A DNA stretch of 60,870 bases from an uncultured Clostridia bacterium (lineage in GTDB: Bacteria > Bacillota > Clostridia > TANB77 > CAG-465), in the NCBI GenBank assembly GCA_947631415.1, contig CANRLG010000005.1:1-60870 (forward strand). The letters are read 5' to 3'. Below the pieces are notes generated by a model. That model did no database searches. It saw only the letters and a program-made list of their open reading frames with translations, and was not told the DNA's origin. Shown here piece by piece: positions 47,306-58,400 of the stretch. The position numbers and the translations under genes were made by a program. Positions within the stretch are counted from its first letter, which is position 1. The number at the start of each line of letters is the position of its first letter.

Positions 47306-48040
47306 ATGGCAAGAAGATTTATAGTAATGGAAGAAAATATAAAAAATGTAGATGAAAATGGCATCATTATATTTGGTGATGAAGTAAAACATATACAAGT
47401 ATTAAGAAAAGATGTAGGAGATACAATTACAGTTAATGAAAATATGTATCAAATTGAGGAAATGAAAAGAGATAGCATCAAACTAAAATTTGTAGATAAA
47501 GCGCCAAAAATTGGAGTACCTATAACAGATATTACATTATATATTGCACTTTTAAAAACAGATAAATTAGATTTAGTAGTTCAAAAAGCAGTTGAGATTG
47601 GTGTAAAAAAAATAGTATTATTTACTTCTTCAAATGTTGTAGTAAAGCTAGATGAGAAAAATAAAATTAAAAGAGTAGAAAAACTACAAAAAATAGCACA
47701 AGAAGCATGTAAACAATGTGGAAGGACAGATAGTGTAGAAGTAGAGGGAGTATTAAGTTTTAAAGAACTTGAAACTGAGATACAAAATAGAAAAGTTACG
47801 TTATTTGCTTATGAGGCATCTCAAGAGGCACTTAGAAAAGAATTAAATAGTATTAAACAAAATAATATTACAGAAATTGGAGTTATTATTGGTGCTGAGG
47901 GAGGATTTACTCCTAAAGAAGCAGATGAATTAAAAAGCGTAGAAAATGTAAAATGTGTAAGTCTTGGAACAAGAATTTTAAGGGCAGAAACAGCTGCAAT
48001 TAATCTTGTAAGTATAGTAATTTATGAAATGGAGGAATAA
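47306..48040 (+). CDS. rsmE: 16S rRNA (uracil1498-N3)-methyltransferase
   Basis: MARRF N-terminus, C-terminal GAEGGFTPKE...LGTRILRAETA SPOUT motifs; ATG 47306 follows GAGGTG. Confidence 0.88.
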   Translation: MARRFIVMEENIKNVDENGIIIFGDEVKHIQVLRKDVGDTITVNENMYQIEEMKRDSIKLKFVDKAPKIGVPITDITLYIALLKTDKLDLVVQKAVEIGVKKIVLFTSSNVVVKLDEKNKIKRVEKLQKIAQEACKQCGRTDSVEVEGVLSFKELETEIQNRKVTLFAYEASQEALRKELNSIKQNNITEIGVIIGAEGGFTPKEADELKSVENVKCVSLGTRILRAETAAINLVSIVIYEMEE

Positions 48041-48045
48041 AATAA

Positions 48046-49062
48046 ATGTCAATTATAGTTTATCCAGAAAAATTAAAAGCAGGAGATACAATGGCAACAA
48101 CTGCTGTATCTGCCACTTCAAATAGTGAGAAAATTGACCTAGCAATTCAATCTTTTAAAGAGTTAGGACTAAATGTAGTAGAGACAGATAATGTTAGAAA
48201 AGAAGAAGGAATTGTAAGTTCTAGTGGAAAAAGAAGGGCTATGGAGCTATTAGAATTATATAAAAATCCTAATGTAAAATATATAATAGCAGCTCGTGGT
48301 GGAGAATTTTTAATGGAAATGTTACCATACTTAAATGAAGAAAAAGATATAATTAGAAATAATCCAAAATGGATACAAGGTTTTTCTGACCCATCCCTTT
48401 TAAATCTGTACATTACTACAACTTTTAATATAGCTACAATTCACATGGAGAATATAAGTGAATATGCAATGAAACCTAGATATAAAAATATTCAAAATTC
48501 AATAGATTTTTTATTTTCTAATGAAACTGAATATATACAAGAAAGTTTTGAAAAATATCAATTACAAGAATTTGAGGAAGGAAATTTAAAAGGATATAAT
48601 TTAACAGAAAATAATGTATATGAATGTGATAGAGATGAGGTAGAATTTTCTGGAAGAATAATTGGAGGATGTGTAGATACAATTCATTTAATTTCAGGAA
48701 CTAATTTAGACAATATATCAAATTTTGTTTCTCAGTTTGATAATGAAGGTGTAATTTGGTACTTAGATAATTGTGAATTATCTACATTTGAATTTTATAG
48801 AAGACTTTGGATGATGGATAATATGGGATACTTTAAAAATGTAAAAGGTTTCTTAATTGGAAGGTCTTTTGTTCAAAGAGAGTATACAGCTTCATTTACA
48901 TTTAAAGATGCAGTAGAAAGAGCACTTAGAAAATGCAATGTACCTATTGTATATAATGTAGACATTGGACATGTTCCACCACAGATGTATATTGTAAATG
49001 GTTCATATGCTACTTTTAAATACGAAGATGGTAAAGGAGTTCTAACTCAGAAATTAATTTAG
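48046..49062 (+). CDS. S66-family LD-carboxypeptidase (LdcA/MccF-like)
   Basis: nucleophile motif QGFSDPS, C-terminal DIGHVPP; size and layout of peptidase S66. Confidence 0.75.
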   Translation: MSIIVYPEKLKAGDTMATTAVSATSNSEKIDLAIQSFKELGLNVVETDNVRKEEGIVSSSGKRRAMELLELYKNPNVKYIIAARGGEFLMEMLPYLNEEKDIIRNNPKWIQGFSDPSLLNLYITTTFNIATIHMENISEYAMKPRYKNIQNSIDFLFSNETEYIQESFEKYQLQEFEEGNLKGYNLTENNVYECDRDEVEFSGRIIGGCVDTIHLISGTNLDNISNFVSQFDNEGVIWYLDNCELSTFEFYRRLWMMDNMGYFKNVKGFLIGRSFVQREYTASFTFKDAVERALRKCNVPIVYNVDIGHVPPQMYIVNGSYATFKYEDGKGVLTQKLI

Positions 49063-49077
49063 TTTTAAGGTGAGTTT

Positions 49078-49737
49078 ATGTTAAAAAAGATTTGTAAAGT
49101 AGTCTTAGTTATTTGCATTATTATAACTATTAGTTTAATTATATTTGCATTATATACTTTAAATATAATTCCACATAAAAAGTACGAAAGTAGTACATAT
49201 AATATTACTCAATATAAAAGTGATGTAGATAAAGATGGTGATGGTATAGATGACCAAACAGATTTTTTAAATAATGTTAGAAAGTATATAGAAACTAAGC
49301 CTAAATATAAAAGTAAATACTATGATGAAGGTTATCCAAATGATGAATATGGTGTGTGTACAGATGTTGTTGCCTTTGGTATGAGAGATACAGGATATGA
49401 TTTACGAGAACTTGTAAATGAAGATATAATGAATAATAGAGATGAATACAATGTAGATAAAGTAGACATAAACATAGATTTTAGGAGAGTTAGAAACTTA
49501 AATATATATTTAAAAAATAATCATATATCTTTAACTACCGATTTGTCTAAGATAGAGGAATGGCAAGGAGGAGATATTGTAGTCTTTAACAAACACATAG
49601 GAGTTGTATCAGACAAGCGAAATAGAAATGGAGTACCTTTTTTAATTGATCATGCAAATCCTATGCAGACAAGATATGAAGAAGATGTTTTAGAGCTATA
49701 TAGTAAAGATATTATAGGACATTATAGAATAAGTTAA
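49078..49737 (+). CDS. DUF1287-domain protein with N-terminal membrane anchor
   Basis: YGVCTDVVAFGMRDTGYDL...IDFRRVRNL...GDIVVFNKHIGVVSD matches the DUF1287 pattern. Confidence 0.75.
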   Translation: MLKKICKVVLVICIIITISLIIFALYTLNIIPHKKYESSTYNITQYKSDVDKDGDGIDDQTDFLNNVRKYIETKPKYKSKYYDEGYPNDEYGVCTDVVAFGMRDTGYDLRELVNEDIMNNRDEYNVDKVDINIDFRRVRNLNIYLKNNHISLTTDLSKIEEWQGGDIVVFNKHIGVVSDKRNRNGVPFLIDHANPMQTRYEEDVLELYSKDIIGHYRIS

Positions 49738-49754
49738 AAAAAGGGAATGTAGCA

Positions 49755-50324
49755 TTATTGCCACATTCCTTTTCCATTACTTTTAGCTTCTTTTTCAAAG
49801 TCTTCAAGATAAGATTGAAGTGATATATCTGGTTTATAATAATTACTTTGTGCAAGACCCTCTTGAACAAGTTTTGCGTTAAATAGATAATTTGAGATAT
49901 TTTCTTCATTAATTTCATTTACTTCTTCTGTCCAAACATATCTTAAAAGTCTATCATAATCATCTGTATCACTTACATCTTTTTGCAAATAGATTGTTTT
50001 ATCTTCTAAATATTGTGTAGTAAATTCTGTTGCTTCTTTACCAAATGGCTCAATTTCTTTAGTATATTCTGGACAGTTAATACCTATAAATCTCACTTTA
50101 TAAGATTTTCCTTCAATATCTACCCATATAGTATCACCATCAACAATCTTTGTTACTTTTGCCTTAGTAAGTTCTAATTTATCAGTAGTATTACTTGTAT
50201 TTAAAGTTTGTGTATCAGAGATAGGATTGTTATTATCAAAAATTTTATCTTTTGAATATATAGTTACAAGTATTACAAATGTAATACTTAATACGCTAAT
50301 TATTAAACTCTTATACTTTTTCAT
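49755..50324 (-). CDS. secreted or membrane-anchored thermonuclease (SNase family)
   Basis: VTKIVDGDTIWV...VRFIGINCPE...FGKEATEF...DRLLRYVW staphylococcal-nuclease motifs; start set at ATG 50324 rather than TTG 50336. Confidence 0.8.
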   Translation of the reverse strand: MKKYKSLIISVLSITFVILVTIYSKDKIFDNNNPISDTQTLNTSNTTDKLELTKAKVTKIVDGDTIWVDIEGKSYKVRFIGINCPEYTKEIEPFGKEATEFTTQYLEDKTIYLQKDVSDTDDYDRLLRYVWTEEVNEINEENISNYLFNAKLVQEGLAQSNYYKPDISLQSYLEDFEKEAKSNGKGMWQ

Positions 50325-50452
50325 AATTATCACCAAAATAATTATATATTATTTTTATCATTAATACAAATAATTTTGGTATTTTTATGGTATATAAAAA
50401 TGTTTGACTTAAGAACTACTGTTTGGTATAATTAAACAGAGGTGGAGTAGAA

Positions 50453-51475
50453 ATGATAGAAGACAGAGTAATATCTCCAGAACTAATATATGAGGACGAA
50501 GAAACAGATGAAAGAGTAGATGAAACAACATTAAGACCACAAACTTTTTCTGAATATATTGGACAAGATAAAGTAAAAGAAAACTTAAAGGTATATATAG
50601 AAGCAGCAAAAGATAGAGGTGAAGCTTTAGACCATGTATTATTATATGGCCCACCAGGACTTGGAAAAACAACTCTTGCAACAATTATATCTAATGAGAT
50701 GAGTAGCAATATAAAAATCACATCAGGTCCTGCAATAGAAAAAGCTGGAGATTTAGCAGCGATACTTACTAATCTACAAGAAAATGATATATTATTTATT
50801 GATGAAATACATAGATTAAGTCGAGCAGTTGAAGAAATATTATATCCTGCATTGGAAGATTTTAGCTTAGATATTGTAATTGGTAAAGGACCATCTGCTA
50901 AAAGTATTAGACTAGATTTACCTAAATTTACACTTGTTGGAGCTACAACAAAGGCTGGTTCACTATCTTCTCCACTAAGAGATAGATTTGGAATAATTCA
51001 TCGTTTAGAATTATATACTCCAGAAGAATTGGCAAAAATTATTCAAAGGAGTGCAGGAATTCTAGGTGTAAAAATAGATAAAGAGGCAGCTTTAGAGATA
51101 GGCTCAAGATGTAGAGGAACTCCAAGAATTGCTAATAGACTATTAAAAAGAGTTAGAGATTTTGCACAAGTAGAGAAAAAAGAAGTAATAGATTATGAGA
51201 TTGCAAAGAAAGCATTAGATAGACTTGAAATAGATGAAATAGGGTTAGATAATACAGATAGAATAATGCTTAATACAATTATAGAGAAATTTAATGGAGG
51301 TCCAGTTGGTCTTGAAACTCTTGCTGCAAGTATTGGAGAAGATAAGGATACAATAGAAGATGTGTATGAACCATATCTAATGCAAATTGGTTTTTTAAGC
51401 AGAGGACCAAGAGGAAGAATGGTAACAGGACTTGCATATAATCATTTAAATATTGAATATCCAAATAAGAAGTAA
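50453..51475 (+). CDS. ruvB: Holliday junction branch-migration ATPase RuvB
   Basis: [12 protein letters not shown], Walker [10 protein letters not shown], Walker [19 protein letters not shown]. Confidence 0.96.
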   Translation: MIEDRVISPELIYEDEETDERVDETTLRPQTFSEYIGQDKVKENLKVYIEAAKDRGEALDHVLLYGPPGLGKTTLATIISNEMSSNIKITSGPAIEKAGDLAAILTNLQENDILFIDEIHRLSRAVEEILYPALEDFSLDIVIGKGPSAKSIRLDLPKFTLVGATTKAGSLSSPLRDRFGIIHRLELYTPEELAKIIQRSAGILGVKIDKEAALEIGSRCRGTPRIANRLLKRVRDFAQVEKKEVIDYEIAKKALDRLEIDEIGLDNTDRIMLNTIIEKFNGGPVGLETLAASIGEDKDTIEDVYEPYLMQIGFLSRGPRGRMVTGLAYNHLNIEYPNKK

Positions 51476-51489
51476 AATGGGAGAAATAA

Positions 51490-52215
51490 ATGAAGAAAAT
51501 TTTAATGCATGTGTGTTGTGCACCATGTTTTGTAATGATTGAAGAAGATATACAAAAAAATGGAATGAATATTAATGGAAAAAGAGAACAAGTAGATTTA
51601 ACAGCTTTTTGGTATAACCCAAATATTCATCCACAAGAAGAAAATAAACTTCGACTTGAAGCATTTAAAAAATTATGTGGTGAAGATAATATAAAGTCAG
51701 TAATAATAGATGAATGTGAAATGAAAGAATTTACTAATATTACTCAAAATGAAGTTGGAACAAATAAGAGATATAAACTTAGATGTGAATATTGTTACTA
51801 CTTAAGACTTGAAAAAACATTTGAATACGCAAAAGAAAATGGCTATGATATTGTATCTACTTCTCTTACTAGAAGTCCTTACCAAAATCATGAGTTAATA
51901 AATAAAATTGCACAGATACTATCTAAAAAGTATGGTGTTGAATATTCGTATCAAGATTATAGACATACATATTTTGAGGGACAACAACGCGCAAGAGAAC
52001 GTGGATTATATATGCAAAAGTATTGTGGTTGTATATTCTCAAGCGTTGAATCACTTCTTCAAAAGAAACTTTCTAAATATTTAAAAAGAATGAATATTAA
52101 ACCTTCTACGAAAGTTATTCAAGATATAATAGAAGATTATAAAAAAGAAAATAATGGAACTGTAAATATTGAAAAAATTGTTAATGATTATAAAGAAAAA
52201 TCAACAAATATATAG
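51490..52215 (+). CDS. queH: epoxyqueuosine reductase QueH (DUF208)
   Basis: MHVCCAPC N-terminus, CEYCYYLRL and YCGC cysteine motifs. Confidence 0.85.
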   Translation: MKKILMHVCCAPCFVMIEEDIQKNGMNINGKREQVDLTAFWYNPNIHPQEENKLRLEAFKKLCGEDNIKSVIIDECEMKEFTNITQNEVGTNKRYKLRCEYCYYLRLEKTFEYAKENGYDIVSTSLTRSPYQNHELINKIAQILSKKYGVEYSYQDYRHTYFEGQQRARERGLYMQKYCGCIFSSVESLLQKKLSKYLKRMNIKPSTKVIQDIIEDYKKENNGTVNIEKIVNDYKEKSTNI

Positions 52216-52230
52216 GAGAAAAATTGATAT

Positions 52231-53109
52231 ATGAAAAAATATTCAAAAGGAAAAATGAAATTTAAGAGAGCATTAATTTTTATAGGTATAGTACTTATAC
52301 TTATGCTAATATTTGGTGTAGTTCTTCTTACTTGTTTCTGCTTAAAGACAAATATTAATATAGTAGAAGAAAGTAACTTGGCTACAAATGTTAGTGATGA
52401 AGTAGCTCTAAATTCTAAACCAATTATTGTAGATAATTTAATTGTTGGGGCTTTGTACGATAACAGATGGGTTAGTGCTACTAAATATTATATGAAAAGT
52501 AATAATAAAAGTGATGTAGAAATAGCTGTATATACCAAATATAAAAGTGCAGGAATATATAAGGTGCAAGATGTATATTCTTCAAATAACAATGTATTTG
52601 CAAATACATCTTATGTAAATTATATAGATGAATATTTTGCAACACCTAATACTTCATCAGATGTATTTATATCAAATTTTACAGAAATACAAATAGCAGA
52701 TATAGATTATAATTATGTTAAAGAGGCACTTGGATACTTAAAATTATATAATGATAGTGTAGTAATTAAAAAAGTTTATTCTGGAAATATAGATGCAGAC
52801 ACACCAGTTAAAATTATAAGTATGACAAGTGAGGCAAAAGGTAAATTCGGTGGAATATATAACGGTATTGTCGTAGCATATCCAAATAAAAATAAAGCTG
52901 AGCTTGTGGAATACTCATATACTAAAGATTTAGAAAATACAGATAATTATCCTTTATATTCAGTAGAATTTCTAGCAGATATTAATGGAGATGGAAAAGC
53001 AGATTTAGTAACAAGGCAAATAAAAGAATTTAATGTTGTATATGATATTTTTGAATATCAAAAGGGTAAATTTGTGAGAGTACTAAGCGAAACAATGAAT
53101 TTAAAGTAG
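52231..53109 (+). CDS. hypothetical membrane-anchored protein with a C-terminal FG-GAP/calcium-loop-like DINGDGKADLV motif
   Basis: 292-aa ORF, N-terminal TM ALIFIGIVLILMLIFGVVLLTCF; no family recognised. Confidence 0.5.
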   Translation: MKKYSKGKMKFKRALIFIGIVLILMLIFGVVLLTCFCLKTNINIVEESNLATNVSDEVALNSKPIIVDNLIVGALYDNRWVSATKYYMKSNNKSDVEIAVYTKYKSAGIYKVQDVYSSNNNVFANTSYVNYIDEYFATPNTSSDVFISNFTEIQIADIDYNYVKEALGYLKLYNDSVVIKKVYSGNIDADTPVKIISMTSEAKGKFGGIYNGIVVAYPNKNKAELVEYSYTKDLENTDNYPLYSVEFLADINGDGKADLVTRQIKEFNVVYDIFEYQKGKFVRVLSETMNLK

Positions 53110-53115
53110 TTGATA

Positions 53116-53144
53116 TTGACTAAAAATAATAAAAGTAGTATAAT
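53116..53144 (+). promoter_or_regulatory. sigma-A type promoter of the thrS leader
   Basis: TTGACT (53116-53121), exact 17-nt spacer, TATAAT (53139-53144). Confidence 0.7.
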
Positions 53145-53149
53145 ATTAC

Positions 53150-53380
53150 CATAACGTTGAAGGGACGAGTAGGTTATAACACTGTTATTAGAGAGAGTAA
53201 GTCATGGGCTGAAAGCTTACTTTAATAAGATTTAACTGAAGACTACCCCGGAGTTAGTAGGAAACTACCGCGACTGAAGTCAGTCAAATTAATTAAGTTA
53301 AATAATAGGGTGGAACCGTGCAATATATATTTTTTGTACCCCTATAGGCAAAAGATGTGTCTATGGGGGTACATTTTTTG
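53150..53380 (+). promoter_or_regulatory. T-box riboswitch leader (threonine specifier) with terminator
   Basis: AGAGAG element (about 53190), Thr codons ACU-ACC in GAAGACUACC (53242-53247), T-box core AGGGTGGAACCGTG (53307-53320), terminator stem GTACCCCTATAG/CTATGGGGGTAC (53336-53372) followed by T6. Confidence 0.85.
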
Positions 53381-53512
53381 TTACTTAATATATAAGGAGG
53401 AAATGGTTCTATGTTAAATATTTTAAAAAAAGTCACGAGATAAAATACTTTATTTAGTATAATTAAAAAGAAATTAAGTAAATATATAAGTATTATAAGG
53501 AGTGAATTTATT

Positions 53513-55306
53513 ATGAGTAAATATGTAAATAGTAATAATGAAGTGTATGAGGCAGATTTAGACCTAAATGTATTAAGACATACAGCTTCACATATAATGG
53601 CACAAGCAATAAAAAGGTTATTTCCAAATGCAAAACTTGCAATAGGACCTTTTATTGAAAATGGTTTCTATTATGATATAGATGTTGAACCAAAGATTGT
53701 TGAAGCAGATATAGAAAAAATAGAAGCAGAAATGAAAAAGATAATAAAGGAAAATTTGAAAGTTGAAGCTTTTAAGCTTCCTAGAGAAGAAGCAATTAAA
53801 TTTATGGAAGAAAGAAATGAACCATATAAGGTTGAATTAATTAAAGATTTACCAGAAGATGAAGAATTATCTTTCTTTAAACAAGGAGAGTTTGTAGATT
53901 TATGTACAGGTCCACATATGTTATATACAAAAGCCGTAAAAGTATTTAAAATAATGAGTATAACTGGTGCATATTGGAGAGGCGACGAGAAGAATAAAAT
54001 GCTTCAAAGGCTATATGCAACAGCTTTTGATACTAAAGAAGGATTAGATAAATATTTACAAGATTTAGAAGATGCAAAACAAAGAGACCATAGAAAAATA
54101 GGAAAAGATTTAAAATTATTTATGACACATAAATTAGTTGGTGCAGGACTTCCATTATATCTACCTGATGGTGCAACAATTAGAAGAATACTAGAAAGAT
54201 ATATACAAGATAAAGAGTTATACCTTGGATATCAACACGTATATACTCCATCTCTTGCAACAGTAGATTTATATAAAACTTCTGGACACTGGGATCATTA
54301 CAAAGATGATATGTTTCCAATGATGAAAATGGATAACGAAGAATTAGTACTTCGTCCAATGAATTGTCCACATCACATGTTGGTATATAAAAGTGAACTT
54401 CGTTCATACAAAGATTTACCTATAAAAATAGCAGAACTTGCAAATGATTTTAGATATGAAAATAGTGGTGCAGTATGTGGTCTTGAAAGAGTTAGACAAA
54501 TGTGTCAAAATGATTCTCACTTATTTGTTAGACCAGACCAAATTAAAGAAGAAGTAGGTAAAGTATTACAATTAATATTTGAAGTTTATCAAAAAGATTT
54601 TGGTTTTTCAGAAAGTTCATTTAAGTTTAGACTTTCATTAAGAGATAAAGCAAATAAAGAAAAATACATAGATAATGATGAAATGTGGGAGACTGCAGAA
54701 GGACAATTAAGACAAATTTTAAAAGAAATGGGTATAGAATTTTATGAAGCAGAAGGAGAAGCAGCTTTTTATGGCCCTAAAATAGATATTCAAATTAGAA
54801 CAGCTTTAAATCATGATGTAACTATACCAACTTGTCAATTAGATTTTGCTTTACCAGAAAGATTTGATTTAACTTATGTAGGAGAAGATGGAAAAGACCA
54901 TAGACCAGTTGTAGTTCATAGAGCAATACTTGGTTCTTCTGATAGATTTATTTCATTCTTACTTGAAGAAACAAAAGGAAATCTACCAGTATGGCTTGCT
55001 CCACATCAAGTAAAGATACTTCCTATTGCAGATAGACATGTAGAATATGCAAAACAATTACAAGAAAAATTACGAAAAGCTATGGTCAGAGTAGATATAG
55101 ATGACAGAGCGGAAAAAATTGGATATAAAATTCGTGAAGCTCAACTTCAAAAAGTACCATATATGCTTGTAATTGGAGATAATGAAGTAAGTAATAATTC
55201 AGTAAATGTTAGAATAAGAGGAGAACAAGAACAAGTATCTATGAGCCAAGATGAATTTATAGAAAAAATTGTTTCAGAGTCTAAGGCTCCATCAAGTATA
55301 GAATAA
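53513..55306 (+). CDS. thrS: threonine--tRNA ligase, short form lacking the N-terminal TGS domain
   Basis: editing-domain HTASHIMAQA begins at about residue 23; class-II core (FRYENSG, GLERVRQMCQNDSH) and anticodon-binding domain; 597 aa. Confidence 0.93.
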   Translation: MSKYVNSNNEVYEADLDLNVLRHTASHIMAQAIKRLFPNAKLAIGPFIENGFYYDIDVEPKIVEADIEKIEAEMKKIIKENLKVEAFKLPREEAIKFMEERNEPYKVELIKDLPEDEELSFFKQGEFVDLCTGPHMLYTKAVKVFKIMSITGAYWRGDEKNKMLQRLYATAFDTKEGLDKYLQDLEDAKQRDHRKIGKDLKLFMTHKLVGAGLPLYLPDGATIRRILERYIQDKELYLGYQHVYTPSLATVDLYKTSGHWDHYKDDMFPMMKMDNEELVLRPMNCPHHMLVYKSELRSYKDLPIKIAELANDFRYENSGAVCGLERVRQMCQNDSHLFVRPDQIKEEVGKVLQLIFEVYQKDFGFSESSFKFRLSLRDKANKEKYIDNDEMWETAEGQLRQILKEMGIEFYEAEGEAAFYGPKIDIQIRTALNHDVTIPTCQLDFALPERFDLTYVGEDGKDHRPVVVHRAILGSSDRFISFLLEETKGNLPVWLAPHQVKILPIADRHVEYAKQLQEKLRKAMVRVDIDDRAEKIGYKIREAQLQKVPYMLVIGDNEVSNNSVNVRIRGEQEQVSMSQDEFIEKIVSESKAPSSIE

Positions 55307-55320
55307 ACATGTAAATAAAG

Positions 55321-55353
55321 GAAGAATTTCATAAATGAAGTTCTTCTTTTTTT
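55321..55353 (+). terminator. intrinsic terminator after thrS
   Basis: 11-bp stem GAAGAATTTCA/TGAAGTTCTTC (one G-U), 4-nt loop, followed by T7. Confidence 0.8.
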
Positions 55354-55491
55354 GTGCTAAAAATACTATATAAAGATTTTTTTTACACATTTTTTTTTAT
55401 ATTGTTAAATTTTTATTACAAAAAAAGAATACAATACTATTTTTACAGCATAAGAGATATAATTAAATCAGTAAAAAGGAGGAATATATAT

Positions 55492-58400
55492 ATGGAAAAA
55501 AGTGATAGTAATGCTAAAAAAATTTTCAAAGTTGCCATATGTTTAATAGTTTTCTCTATGATTATGGTTGCATTTGGAAGTGTAGCATTTGCTCAAGAAA
55601 ATAATTCCCAAAATGAAGTTTTAAACACAGGGGATTATATTTTAAAAAATATAAACACAGAATATGCTAAGGCAGAAAAACTTGAGCCATACGACATAAT
55701 AGATGTTAAGCAAACAATGGCTGATGGTTCAAAGCTAACTTCTAGTGAATCATTAGAAGCTATGTTTTCAGAAACACCAGAAGCTTTTATATTTATGAGT
55801 GAAGCATATATGCCTATGTATAATACAGATGATGCTAGCCCATATTATGTGGCTTATATTGATACAATGCATAATGATGCAAATTCAAAAATTGCAGAAG
55901 TAGATTTTGCATATACAAATACCGATGGAGAAGTAATCACAGATGCAATTTTTGATAGTGAAACAGGTATTGCATATATACCTAAAAAATATACTGAAGA
56001 AAATAAAAATGGATTGGGCATAATGAATGTTCAAGTCCAACTTCTTCAAGTATGTAATTCAGAAAATCCTTCAACAACTATTAAAACTATAGTTGAAAAA
56101 GGAGAAGGAATTGAAGGAGAAACTATTGAAACAGGATATGTACAATTAAATGCTATAGATACTGATGTTACATTAAGTGTAGCAAAAGATGAAAATGCTA
56201 AAAGAAGTATCCAAGCAAGAGATATAGTTGTTAAGAAAAATGGCTATGAAACTAAAAATTTCACATATAATAGTGAAAAAGGTGAAATAAGAATAGTTGA
56301 TTGTCAACCATGCTCAGTTGATACAATTGAGATTTCTTTAAATAAAGATAACAATAATGATGAAATACAAGATACTGCTTATGGAATAGCTACAGTAGCT
56401 AATGGAGATCCTCTATCAAGCACTTCAGATTTCTGGAATGATGATCCATATGCAGGTGGAACATTTACTTCAGGTACTACATGGAAATCAGATAAAGAGC
56501 CTTTAGCTGGTGGTACAGTTAGAGTAAGTGGAATATCTTTACTATACCATGAAGGTGATGGAAATAGAATAGTAGATTCACAGTATAACCAAGCCTATGT
56601 TCCAGGTAAAGCACTAGATGATGATTTGACTAAGCTAGTTACTGCAATAAGAGATAATGTAAATAACATAGATCCAACTCAACTTGTTGGTTCTACAAAC
56701 TTTATGTCATGGACTTTGGATATTCCAGAAGGAACTCAAATCAATTATGAGGGAACTACATTTACAATACCACAAAGTAGTTATGAAGTAAGATGTGCGC
56801 ATTCAGTAAGTAGTTTTACTAGTGGAACTTCAACAACATATTCAGATATGGAAATCAAACTATTTGCTGTAAACCCAGCAAATAGCACTATGCTTGTTGG
56901 TGTTCTTGCACCATTTACACATAACCAATCAGGAACAGCTTTATATAAAATAAGATATGAAATGCTTATTACAAATGGTAAAATAGTAGTACATAAAAGA
57001 GAATCATTAACAAATAATCCAATTGAAGGAGTAACATTCAACATTTTAAATGATAATGGTGATGTAGTAGATACAATCACTACAAACGGAGATGGATATG
57101 CAGAAACTAAAAATTTACCAGCTGGACATTATAGATGTCAAGAAATAGGAGTACCTGCAGATGTTATTTTAAGTGGTGAAACACAAGAAGCAACAATTTC
57201 TGCAGAAAGTTTAGCTCCAGAACTTACATTTGTAGATGATTCTACTGCATATGCTCAAATTGAGAAAAAAGATGAATATGGAGATTCTCTAGCAGGAGTA
57301 AGATTCCAAATTTATGATTCAAAACAACAACCTATCCAAGTTATAACTACTGGAGATAATGGAATTGCAAAAACTACAGCTCTAAAATTAGGAGACTATT
57401 ATTATCAAGAGATATCTGTACCTGCAGATGATATAATAATGGATACTGAAATGCATCCTTTCCAATTAAGAGTAAGAGGAAGAACAGAATCATTTTCTAT
57501 GAGAAATTCATATGAAAGAGGAAATATGAAAGTCATCAAAAAAGATGAATGGGATGTAAGAATTCAAGGAGCAGTATTCCATATTAGTGGTGGACCAGAA
57601 AAAGAACCAATAGATGCAGATTATACAACTGATTCTAATGGTGAAATTTCTCTAACAGATTTAAGACTTGGAGAATATACAATAGTTGAGAAAAATGTTC
57701 CAGAAACATTAACTTTAAATCAAAATACATTTACAGTAAATGTTGAAGCAGATTCAGAAGTAACTTATACAGTTGAAAATGAATATGCAAGAGGAGAACT
57801 TTCAATAACAAAAGAAGATATCTTCAAACAAGATGGTAAGAAAAACTGGGGTGATGCAACATATAAAGACATCGAAGTTGAATTACACGCTGCAGAAGAT
57901 ATTTATGAAGGTAAAACTAAAGTTTTAGATGCAGATGAATTTGTTGCAAAAAGAGTATTTAAAACTGATGGAACAACTGAAAGTGTAAGAGAATTTACAA
58001 GACAAGATGATGGAGTATATTTTGATGGACTTCCAATAGGACAATATTATTGGAAAGAAGTAAAAACAAATAAAGCATATCTTGCACCTCAAGTTTCAGT
58101 TGTTGCAGAAACAAAGAAAGAAAAATATGAACAAGAAATTGAGTTTGTGGACATGCTTACTCATAACATTCCTGGTAAAAGTGTGGTAATGTACGACCAA
58201 CCAGTTATGGGTAGAGTTGAAGTATACAAACAGGATGAAAGTAGTAAAACTGGACCAGATGATACTACACATTCTGAAACAAATCCAGCAGAAGGTGCTG
58301 TATTAAGATTAACATTAAAATCTAACTGGAATGAGGTTACAGAACAACCAATAGATCCTACACATGATACATATACAGCAACTGTAAATGAGTATGGTAA

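Noticed and set aside
50409-50721. Minus-strand ORFs of 91 and 101 aa overlapping the ruvB 5' region
   Set aside because: They are antisense to ruvB (Walker A region). The thermonuclease gene already ends at 50324, and no RBS is present.
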